Positions 30,679 to 38,439 of a DNA stretch of 64,000 nt are shown piece after piece. The stretch's first letter is position 1. Each line of letters begins with the position of its first letter. The translations under genes and the position numbers were made by a program. The notes under the pieces were generated by a model. It was not told the DNA's origin. It saw only the letters and a list, made by a program, of their open reading frames with translations, and searched no databases. Where the stretch lies: NCBI GenBank assembly GCA_964562935.1, contig CAZLVJ010000002.1, positions 844 through 64,843 on the forward strand, written 5' to 3'. Origin of the DNA: an uncultured Nitrososphaerota archaeon (GTDB taxonomy: Archaea; Thermoproteota; Methanomethylicia; Nezhaarchaeales; WYZ-LMO8).

Positions 30679-30896
30679 GAGGTCTCCACCTTGGGGCTAG
30701 ACCCATTTAGTAAGATCGAGCTACGCAATGCCTTGACGCATCAGCGTTCACTCACTTCGTCGTTAGCTTACAATACACTGCGTTCTATAAGCCTTTTATC
30801 CCACATAATTAATGATGGCATTTCTTAATAGCTGGGCAGGTCAAAAGTCGTAGTCATCGGGCCTTGGAACTTAAATCAAAAATGAATTGAGGGTCA

Positions 30897-30968
30897 TCAC
30901 CATTCCTCTTCCCATTCCTCCTCTTCCCATTCCTCCTCCTCTTCCCATTCCTCCCATTCTTCCTCCAT
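30897..30968 (-). CDS. Putative 23-aa Glu/Trp micro-protein MEEEWEEWEEEEEWEEEEWEEEW
   Basis: ATG followed by in-frame GAA/GAG/TGG codons only, tandem TGA TGA stops, GGGGG SD-like motif, TTTAAATA box upstream, T-rich tract downstream. Confidence 0.7.
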   Translation of the reverse strand: MEEEWEEWEEEEEWEEEEWEEEW

Positions 30969-31006
30969 TTTCGCGCCCCCAGAGCGCTTTCTGAGGAGAT
31001 TATGGC

Positions 31007-31017
31007 TTTATTTAAAG
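31007..31017 (-). promoter_or_regulatory. TATA box for the Glu/Trp micro-ORF
   Basis: CTTTAAATAAA on minus strand about 40 nt upstream of the ATG. Confidence 0.5.
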
Positions 31018-31079
31018 TTACCGATCCAAATTCTTGGGGAAGCTTTTAAAGGTCCTCTTTCTCTAAATCACACACGAAG

Positions 31080-31610
31080 GTGTCGTCGGTGGAGTTTAAC
31101 TTATTGGTATCGACGTATCGAAACAGAGAGGACGACTGCATCAGCGAGTTGTGGTATCTCTTTCGAGAGTTAGGTGACGACCAACTGGAGGTGCGTAGAG
31201 CCCTCGTCCCCGGCCTATTATTGGTGAAGACTAGGCTGAATCCCTATGAGGCCTCTAAGAAGATAGGAGAGATAGCTAGGGAGAGGCCGTGGGACGTTAG
31301 GTATACGCTTAAGCTCACTCCAATAGACGCTGTTACGAGCGATGAAGTTGAAGAGATAAAAAGGGTTGCCGTATCGCTTGCCAACGAGAAGATAGGCGAG
31401 GGCGAGACGTATCGGATAACTGTGAATAAGAGAGCCTCCAACATAAGTAGCCGGAGGCTTATAGAAGAGATAGCTAAAGAGGTCAATAGAAAGGTCAGTT
31501 TGAAGAACCCTGATAAGATTTTGCAGATAGAAATTATTGGCAAAGATGTAGGAGTATCCATATTGAGGCCGGAGGACGTGGTCTCCATAGTGAAGATAAC
31601 TACTTCCTAG
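31080..31610 (+). CDS. Stand-alone THUMP-domain RNA-binding protein
   Basis: FNLLVST, GETYRITVNKR, VSLKNPDKILQIEIIG. Confidence 0.9.
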   Translation: MSSVEFNLLVSTYRNREDDCISELWYLFRELGDDQLEVRRALVPGLLLVKTRLNPYEASKKIGEIARERPWDVRYTLKLTPIDAVTSDEVEEIKRVAVSLANEKIGEGETYRITVNKRASNISSRRLIEEIAKEVNRKVSLKNPDKILQIEIIGKDVGVSILRPEDVVSIVKITTS

Positions 31611-32490
31611 TGTTCAATAGGGACATCCTTGTCAAAACGCCCTTCAGCTCAGGGCTCAAGGCCGAGGACTTATAGGTGGTCGCGCGTAGCTCTTCGTCGC
31701 TTATACGAAGGATTCTAAGCAATGATGTTGCTTCACACGGTCGAGAAAGGTCAAGATGTTCCACTTTCTCTACGGGAAGAGGGGACAGAGCCTGGAGCCT
31801 CTCTTGAGAGGTCTCTCTACTTGGTGACATGACGTAAAGGTAGAACTCTCTAGCTCTATCGCCAATTCCCGCGACTTCTAATGCGCGAGCTATTTGATCC
31901 TCGCAAACGAGGCGCAATAGGAACTCTATGTTGAACTTGTTGCTTATGTTCTTCCCCATAACGAAGGCCTTGATCGTATGATAGAAGACGAAAAGCACGT
32001 GGAGCAGGGATAGAGCTAGCCCAGGTCGCGACGTCGCCCACACGACGTCGGTACCCTTAAAAATGTCCTCAAGTAGTTGAATAATTTCTTGTGATGGCAA
32101 TTCCTTTCTCAGCTTTATGTGCAATACCCTTAAATCCACTTCATCTTTTCCATCCGTCAGAAGGTCTAGCAACTTTTTCGCCCTGTCTATTGCGGCCGAG
32201 GTTGTTAGTCCCCCGTGGACTGAGGGTATTAGCGTTATCTCGTTTATGTTGTCCGCCGAAGAGCCTAAACCGCCTATTAGATTTACGTCAACGCCGTCAA
32301 CTAAGATTATTATATCGCTTCGAATCCTCTCTCCATTGGGGTCGAAGACCCTTTTGAAGAGGGCTTCGTTGTCTTTGCACGCCAAATAGATTACGTCTCT
32401 TATGCTTAGCCCTTGCCGAACCTCAACCTCGACAAAGTTCGTCCCCGCTAGACTTCTAAGAACAGCTAAAAAGCTTACTTTAACTTTCAC
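31600..32490 (-). CDS. Urm1/SAMP-like ubiquitin-fold domain fused to KEOPS subunit Cgi121
   Basis: aa 1-94 beta-grasp ending IPSVHGG; C-terminal part with KAF..GKNISNKFNIEFLLRL..EDQIARALEVAGI resembles Cgi121. Confidence 0.8.
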   Translation of the reverse strand: MKVKVSFLAVLRSLAGTNFVEVEVRQGLSIRDVIYLACKDNEALFKRVFDPNGERIRSDIIILVDGVDVNLIGGLGSSADNINEITLIPSVHGGLTTSAAIDRAKKLLDLLTDGKDEVDLRVLHIKLRKELPSQEIIQLLEDIFKGTDVVWATSRPGLALSLLHVLFVFYHTIKAFVMGKNISNKFNIEFLLRLVCEDQIARALEVAGIGDRAREFYLYVMSPSRETSQERLQALSPLPVEKVEHLDLSRPCEATSLLRILRISDEELRATTYKSSALSPELKGVLTRMSLLNTRK

Positions 32491-32509
32491 GTCAATGAGC
32501 CCCCTAATT

Positions 32510-32567
32510 GAGGTCAGTTGAGGTACATTTCTTCATTCTTCAGAGCAGGTCAGCCTCGTCATCCCTC
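32510..32567 (-). ncRNA. C/D-box methylation guide sRNA (one guide predicted on 16S rRNA)
   Basis: GAGG-G-ATGACGA(C)-ggctgacctgct-CTGA(D')-aga-ATGAAGA(C')-aatgtacctcaa-CTGA(D)-CCTC; TTTAAATA about 25 nt upstream. Confidence 0.85.
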
Positions 32568-32628
32568 ACCTCTTAAGAGGGACGGTAAATGTATTTAAAG
32601 GTTAAAGTAAGGCTATGCGTAGGAGGTT

Positions 32629-33816
32629 ATGATAACGCTCACCAACAACCCTGTGCAGTTGAAGAGGGAGTTGCTTAAGGTAGTCCAAAAGGAATTAAAA
32701 GATGAGGAGCTTAAGGTGGCGAAGAGCGATTGGCACTCTAGGCGAAAGCCAATAGGCTGTGGCTTGACGATACATCCAGGCATTGGTTGTCCCATGCAAT
32801 GTAGCTACTGCTATATTTACGACATGGGCTTTAGCGGACGCGCTACTCCTTACTCGCTTAGCGGACTTCAGCTCGTAGCCGCCCTCCTCTTCAACAAGTA
32901 CTTTTACCCAACGAGGTGGGGTACCTACCTCGCCTTCGGTAGCGTAACGGAGCCCTTTCTCCCAAACATATTGCCGAAGACCCTTGAGTACTTGAAGGCC
33001 ATAGTTGAGTACTTGGGAAATCCTTGTCAAGTCTCAACTAAGATGGTCATAAACGATGAAAACGTCGACGAACTTGCAAGAGTCGGCGGCTCTAAGCTCT
33101 CGATCTTAGTTACAGTGACGAGCCTGAGCCAGTACGTGTACTTAGAAAGGAGGGCTCCTCATCCCCTAAAGAGATTAGAGCTCGTGAGCAAGCTCAGAAG
33201 AAAAGGGTTCAAGCCATTCATTTTCATAAGACCCCTGCTACCGGGCTTAAGAGCTGAAGAAGTAGACGAGATCGTAGAGCAAGCGAAAGCTTCAGGGGCT
33301 TATGGCATCGTCGTCGGCAATTTAAGGTTGTCACCAAATATAGTGAAGAGATTAATAAGTGAGGGTATTGATGTCACCAAGTACTTAAGGGTTGATCTTG
33401 GCAAACTAAAGAGTGGGTTTGTCGATGTGAGAGTTGACGGCGATACGCAAACCCTAATCAGAGAGAGGGCTTTGAGCAAGGGACTCATATTCTTAAGAAG
33501 GGCGTGTTGCGCCAACACTGTTTCGCAGTTACTTAGCGGATACAATGACGTCGCGTGCCCTTCTCTATGCTTCTTAAATGAAAAGGTTTGCGAAAAGTCC
33601 TGTCCTTCTCAATGTAAGGTAAAGGCTGGGGGCGAGCCTAAGCAATTCAACTTCCACGAAGTAATAAGAGAAGTCCTAGGATTTGACGAATATGAGGTGG
33701 AGGTGGAGGGCCACACGATGTACATCAAGCTAAAGAAGCCTTTAAGGGATGAGAAGTCAGCGAGTTTTGCATTGTCATACTTATTCCGCAGAAGAATTCG
33801 CTTTATATATGAATAA
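32629..33816 (+). CDS. Radical SAM protein of unknown function (SPL-like)
   Basis: GCPMQCSYCY, GSVTEPF, QVSTK, FIRPLLPG; Cys-rich C-terminus. Confidence 0.85.
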   Translation: MITLTNNPVQLKRELLKVVQKELKDEELKVAKSDWHSRRKPIGCGLTIHPGIGCPMQCSYCYIYDMGFSGRATPYSLSGLQLVAALLFNKYFYPTRWGTYLAFGSVTEPFLPNILPKTLEYLKAIVEYLGNPCQVSTKMVINDENVDELARVGGSKLSILVTVTSLSQYVYLERRAPHPLKRLELVSKLRRKGFKPFIFIRPLLPGLRAEEVDEIVEQAKASGAYGIVVGNLRLSPNIVKRLISEGIDVTKYLRVDLGKLKSGFVDVRVDGDTQTLIRERALSKGLIFLRRACCANTVSQLLSGYNDVACPSLCFLNEKVCEKSCPSQCKVKAGGEPKQFNFHEVIREVLGFDEYEVEVEGHTMYIKLKKPLRDEKSASFALSYLFRRRIRFIYE

Positions 33817-33822
33817 TGTTTT

Positions 33823-34041
33823 TTAAGTCTTAGCTTGTGCAACTGCTTCAGGGGCTTTGTACCGCTTAGCGAGTCTAGTCAAATATCCGCTCACCCTGTT
33901 TAGCAAGTGCTTGGCCCTGATCGTGGACACTTCCAAAACCAGCTTTTTGTTCTGTGCGTAATCTAGGCTCACCTTGTCGTAGTATTGTTGGAATATTTGA
34001 TAAGCTAACCTCTTAACGGATGCAGGCCTAACCTTGCCCAT
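33823..34041 (-). CDS. rps17e: 30S ribosomal protein S17e
   Basis: MGKVRPASVKRLA, NKKLV, KHLLNRVSGYLTR. Confidence 0.95.
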   Translation of the reverse strand: MGKVRPASVKRLAYQIFQQYYDKVSLDYAQNKKLVLEVSTIRAKHLLNRVSGYLTRLAKRYKAPEAVAQAKT

Positions 34042-34175
34042 GTCTTTTCAGCCTGCCTTCTTCTGCTTTAAAGCGTATTTATTTTTAAATTTTCTCAATC
34101 GAAAGCTTCCACTAGAAGGTGCTAGTAGCTTAAAACCTCAGGTTGAGGTAGTAGTATTTAGGTGGTGGGCGGAGT

Positions 34176-34412
34176 ATGGCGGAGTTGCCTCTGGCTCCCA
34201 TAGACAGGATAATTAGGAGGGCTGGCGCTGAGCGCGTCGGAGACGATGCCGTCAAAGCTTTGTGCAAAATCCTTGAAGATGTCGCCCTCGACATCGCGCG
34301 AGAAGCTGTAGAACTGGCCCGCCATGCGGGGAGGAAAACCGTCACGGCTGAGGACATAAATTTAGCGGTAAAGCACGTGCTCCGCTGGCTCAGCGCAAGC
34401 TTGTACAAGTGA
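34176..34412 (+). CDS. Archaeal histone (HMf family)
   Basis: [33 protein letters not shown]. Confidence 0.96.
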   Translation: MAELPLAPIDRIIRRAGAERVGDDAVKALCKILEDVALDIAREAVELARHAGRKTVTAEDINLAVKHVLRWLSASLYK

Positions 34413-34511
34413 GGCATAAAACAAAGCTCCGCTCTTCATTAGAAAAGATTATATAGAAGCCCCTTCTCATAACTGTCCGAAGAAGATAGGCTAAGGTTAG
34501 GTGATGGTACT

Positions 34512-36167
34512 ATGGCCGCTGTTAGTGGCATTCCCGTCTTAATATTGAAGGAGGGCGCTACAAGGACTTATGGCAGAGAAGCTCAGAGGGCCAACATAGC
34601 TGCTGCGAAGGCCATAGCCGAGACGCTCAAGACTACCTTGGGGCCACGGGGCATGGACAAAATGCTTGTTGACAGCTTAGGAGACGTCACGATAACGAAC
34701 GACGGCGCGACCATACTCGATGAGATGGACGTCCAGCACCCCGCAGCTAAAATGCTCGTGGAGATAGCTAAAGCTCAAGACGAAGAGGTTGGTGATGGAA
34801 CAACCACGGTCGTGGTCTTGGCAGGCGAGTTATTGAAGAGAGCGGAAGAACTCATGGCTAAGAACATTCACCCGACAGTCATAATAGACGGCTACGGCAA
34901 AGCGCTTGAGTTCTGCCAGAAAGAGCTCGAGAAGCTAAGCTTGCCCGTCAGTCTCCAAGACGAAGAGCTTTTGAAGTTGATAGCCAAGACCTCGATGCAC
35001 GCTAAGGTGGTGAGCGCCGCGAGGGACTACTTAGCAGAGCTGGCCGTCAAAGCTGTTAAGCAAATAGTCGAAGAAAGAAACGGTAAGCTAGTGGCCGACG
35101 TCGACCAAGTACAGTTGATCAAGAAGCAAGGTGGTAGCGTCATGGACACTAAGCTGATCCAAGGAATCATAGTGGACAAGGAGGTCGTTCACACAGGCAT
35201 GCCCAAGCGCATAGAGAACGCGAAAATCGCGCTTCTCGACTGCCCATTGGAAGTAGAGAAAACCGAGATCGACGCGGAAATAAGGATAAGCGACCCTGCT
35301 CAAATGAAGGCCTTCATAGAGGAAGAGGAGAAAATATTAAGAGGGATGGTGGAGAAGATCAAGAACATAGGCGCGAACGTCGTATTCTGCCAGAAGGGTA
35401 TAGACGATGTAGCTCAGCACTACTTGGCTAAGGCTGGGATCCTAGCAGCTCGAAGGGTGAAGAAGTCGGACATGGAGAAGTTAGCTCGAGCCACCGGCGC
35501 TAGGATTGTAACCAACATCGAGGACCTGACGCCCAACGACCTAGGATACGCTGAGCTCGTCGAGGAGAGGAAGATTGCTGACGAGAAGCTGATATTCGTT
35601 GAAAACTGCAAGAACCCGAGGTCCGTGGCCATACTGATAAGGGGAGGGCTGGAGAAGTTCGTAGACGAGGCCGAGAGGGCGCTAAAGGACGCTCTGAGCT
35701 CTGTCGCTAGGGCAATCGAGTGGGGACGCTATGTACCTGGCGGTGGAGCCATCGAAATAGAGCTGGCCAAGAGGTTACGTGAATATGCAGCTAAAGTCGG
35801 AGGAAAGGAGCAGCTGGCAATAGAGGCCTTCGCTAACGCCCTAGAGGCGATACCGAGGACTCTGGCGGAGAATGGAGGGCACGATCCGATAGACGTGATG
35901 ATGGCCCTACGCGCAGAGCACGAGAAGGAGGGCAATTACTACGTGGGCGTAGACGTTTACACAGGGAAGCCCGTTGACATGCTCAAGATGGGCGTTGTAG
36001 AGCCCTTGGCTGTCAAGGCAACTGCCCTAAAGGCCGCTACAGAAGCAGCCGCCATGATATTGCGCATAGACGACGTGATAGCAGCTGCTAGAAGCGAGAC
36101 AGCGAAGGAAAAAGCAGGAACAGGGACTAAAGAGAAGGAGGAAGGCGAAGAGAAAGAGAAAGACTAA
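34512..36167 (+). CDS. ths: Thermosome (group II chaperonin) subunit
   Basis: [32 protein letters not shown]. Confidence 0.97.
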   Translation: MAAVSGIPVLILKEGATRTYGREAQRANIAAAKAIAETLKTTLGPRGMDKMLVDSLGDVTITNDGATILDEMDVQHPAAKMLVEIAKAQDEEVGDGTTTVVVLAGELLKRAEELMAKNIHPTVIIDGYGKALEFCQKELEKLSLPVSLQDEELLKLIAKTSMHAKVVSAARDYLAELAVKAVKQIVEERNGKLVADVDQVQLIKKQGGSVMDTKLIQGIIVDKEVVHTGMPKRIENAKIALLDCPLEVEKTEIDAEIRISDPAQMKAFIEEEEKILRGMVEKIKNIGANVVFCQKGIDDVAQHYLAKAGILAARRVKKSDMEKLARATGARIVTNIEDLTPNDLGYAELVEERKIADEKLIFVENCKNPRSVAILIRGGLEKFVDEAERALKDALSSVARAIEWGRYVPGGGAIEIELAKRLREYAAKVGGKEQLAIEAFANALEAIPRTLAENGGHDPIDVMMALRAEHEKEGNYYVGVDVYTGKPVDMLKMGVVEPLAVKATALKAATEAAAMILRIDDVIAAARSETAKEKAGTGTKEKEEGEEKEKD

Positions 36168-36195
36168 AACGTCACTAATCAATTTTTTATGAATA

Positions 36196-36828
36196 ATGAT
36201 GAAAGACGGCTCGAGAGTACTGATAACCGGGACTCCTTCTACGGGCAAAACAACGACAGCAAAAAGGTTAGCTGAAACTCTTAATTACCATTACACTGAC
36301 GTTGCAAAAGTGATAGTCGAAGAAAAGTTGTACAAAAGTCTAGATGAGGAGAGAGGTAGTTTTATCGTAGACATAAAGAGGGCCAGAGAGTTCTTCGCAA
36401 CGTACCTCACAGAACGGCAGGGTGTCGTCTTAGATAGCCATGTCGTTGAGATATTTCCGAGAAAGCTCATAGACAAGGTGCTGGTCTTAAGAGTACACCC
36501 CCTCATCATCCTGAAGAGAGGGGTCGAGAGGAGGTGGCCGCTGAGAAAATGTTTAGAAAATGCGCAAGCAGAGCTCTTGGGCATATGCCTTTCTGACGCC
36601 TTACGATACTACGGTAAGAAAAAAGTCTGGCAAGTCAATTGTACGTGTCGCTCAGCAGAAGACGTAGTCTCGGAAATTCTATGCATACTTCAAGGCAAAG
36701 GAGAGAGGAGAGACGTAGATTGGCTCGTAGAACTTGAGAAAGAAGGAAGACTTGACTTGTTATTGGAGATTGAAAAAGCTCGTGATCTGCCTAAAGATCT
36801 CTTCAAACTTTTGAACAACTGTGGATAA
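36196..36828 (+). CDS. AK6/Fap7-family adenylate kinase/ATPase
   Basis: ITGTPSTGKTT, VLDSH, ENAQAE. Confidence 0.9.
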   Translation: MMKDGSRVLITGTPSTGKTTTAKRLAETLNYHYTDVAKVIVEEKLYKSLDEERGSFIVDIKRAREFFATYLTERQGVVLDSHVVEIFPRKLIDKVLVLRVHPLIILKRGVERRWPLRKCLENAQAELLGICLSDALRYYGKKKVWQVNCTCRSAEDVVSEILCILQGKGERRDVDWLVELEKEGRLDLLLEIEKARDLPKDLFKLLNNCG

Positions 36829-36996
36829 GAAATCTCCAGTAGCTTTGCCAGCATTAGTCAGCGTTGCATTAACCCCTCCTAAAAGCCCTACAACCATAGA
36901 CAAAATTATCGAGAGTAACACTACCGAAATACCTATGAGCATGCCCTCTTCCAAAAGCAATGACCCTCTAACGCTCTTTTTATCGTTCTCGGGCAT
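36760..36996 (-). CDS. Small type IV pilin-like protein with class III signal peptide
   Basis: KKSVRG|SLLLE (Glu at +5) followed by a hydrophobic stretch; last gene of the ATPase operon. Confidence 0.65.
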   Translation of the reverse strand: MPENDKKSVRGSLLLEEGMLIGISVVLLSIILSMVVGLLGGVNATLTNAGKATGDFLSTVVQKFEEIFRQITSFFNLQ

Positions 36997-37029
36997 ACGT
37001 TTCACGATTTCTTGTAAGACGAAGGGCTA

Positions 37030-37848
37030 TTAAACCCATCCATAGAGAGGTGGAAATATCAGAGCAGCAAAGATCGTAAAGCAGACGGCCAAGTTTTTGA
37101 GAGACGGGTGATGCAACTGAATTATGTAAGTGAAGAGCGTGAAAATCGTTATGGATAATAGAGCAAATGATGTGAAGACGTAAACACTGGCCGTGAGATT
37201 CGTGGACGTAAACTTCGCAAGTGTAAAGAAGGCCTTTATAATAAAGCCTAGAGCCATGGCCGAGGCAATCTGCAACACCCTGTACTTCAACTTCTCGACA
37301 GCGATGAGATCCCTTAACTTTTTAGCGTTAAGGCAGAGCGAAAAGCTCAGGTCATGCAATGATATCATGAGACTTCTCAAAGAAATTTCATCGATGAAGT
37401 CAAGCTTTTCTAATAATGAGAGGGCGAGCCTCGTTAAGGGCGATGAAGGCCTTGTCCCTCCTGAAGCACGTGCACTCTTGACTTTCAATATTTTCTTGCA
37501 AAGCATAACTTTTACCATTTCCCTCGCTTTGAGTAAAGCCTCTGACCTCTTGTAGGACATTTTATAGGCTTCTTCCAATAAAGAAGGCAAATTCCTCCGA
37601 TTGCTTAAGGACTCAATAAATCTGATGATAAGTAAATGAAGGGCTTCATAATCGGTAAAGCGGTTGTTCAGTTCCGTGACTACTTCGATACAGCTTTTCA
37701 TAACTATGTAAACGGAGAGAGCTATTGCAAGGGAACAAGAGGAGGAGAGGAAGTAGTTTGATGTTATTGAGGAGGAGAAGAGGAAGTAGTTTAAAGCGAA
37801 TATCAGAGACGAGAGGACGGCTTTCTTGATCAAAGTCACGTCGATCAC
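37030..37848 (-). CDS. Membrane protein, probable TadB/TadC-like platform
   Basis: TM segments flanking a soluble helical region; operon with secretion ATPase. Confidence 0.55.
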   Translation of the reverse strand: MIDVTLIKKAVLSSLIFALNYFLFSSSITSNYFLSSSCSLAIALSVYIVMKSCIEVVTELNNRFTDYEALHLLIIRFIESLSNRRNLPSLLEEAYKMSYKRSEALLKAREMVKVMLCKKILKVKSARASGGTRPSSPLTRLALSLLEKLDFIDEISLRSLMISLHDLSFSLCLNAKKLRDLIAVEKLKYRVLQIASAMALGFIIKAFFTLAKFTSTNLTASVYVFTSFALLSITIFTLFTYIIQLHHPSLKNLAVCFTIFAALIFPPLYGWV

Positions 37849-38439
37849 CTAAACTAAAATATTTGCATACCGCTTCAAGACTATGATTACTAGTTGCAAG
37901 ACAATACCATAAAACAGTGATGCCACTAATGGTAGCAAGCTAAGCGCTTCTCTTTGGTGGAATAGGGCTAAGAGAGTTACGAGCACGGGAGCTATGGTTA
38001 TGCCAGTCAGCACCAATGTGATGATATTTCTAACGTTAGTTGTGAACAACCTACTCCGCAAGTCTCTTACAACTCCTTGAAATAAAAGAGCGTTGATCCT
38101 CTCTCTATCTTGGGAGAGAGGGTCAGAAAAAATTATGCTGAAGAAGGGAGGGTTAAGCTCTGAGGTCTCTATGTTTCGTCCCAAAGAGAGTTTTTGGGCG
38201 AGCAATTTTATTTGCGGAGTTAATACATCACACGAGTCGTTTAACCTTGTTAAAGCTATAAATGCCGACGGGCTATTGCGATATATGTGATGCATTATTG
38301 ATGCCATTTTCACTAACAAAGGATTTGGTCCAACCACAAAACCCTGCCTCTTGAATTCTTTTATCTGATAACTGAAAATCGCGCTGAAAGTCGCTATCAA
38401 AATTGATGATAAAAGAACCATGTGAGGCTCAGATAGCAT
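37849..38439 (-). CDS. Membrane protein, probable TadB/TadC-like platform
   Basis: One N-terminal and two C-terminal TM segments; ATG overlaps ATPase 3' end. Confidence 0.55.
   Translation of the reverse strand: MLSEPHMVLLSSILIATFSAIFSYQIKEFKRQGFVVGPNPLLVKMASIMHHIYRNSPSAFIALTRLNDSCDVLTPQIKLLAQKLSLGRNIETSELNPPFFSIIFSDPLSQDRERINALLFQGVVRDLRSRLFTTNVRNIITLVLTGITIAPVLVTLLALFHQREALSLLPLVASLFYGIVLQLVIIVLKRYANILV

Noticed and set aside
30894..30968. CRISPR array or microsatellite
   Set aside because: No repeat-spacer structure; the repeats follow codon phase and are explained by the Glu/Trp ORF.
30897..33816. Glu/Trp peptide as a RiPP precursor for the nearby radical SAM enzyme
   Set aside because: No leader peptide, no recognisable SPASM/RRE domain, opposite strands, and no transporter or protease nearby.
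36195..36225. ATGATGA...CTGA as a C/D sRNA
   Set aside because: It is the start of the AK6 CDS (MMKDGSRVLI); no C'/D pair or terminal stem follows.
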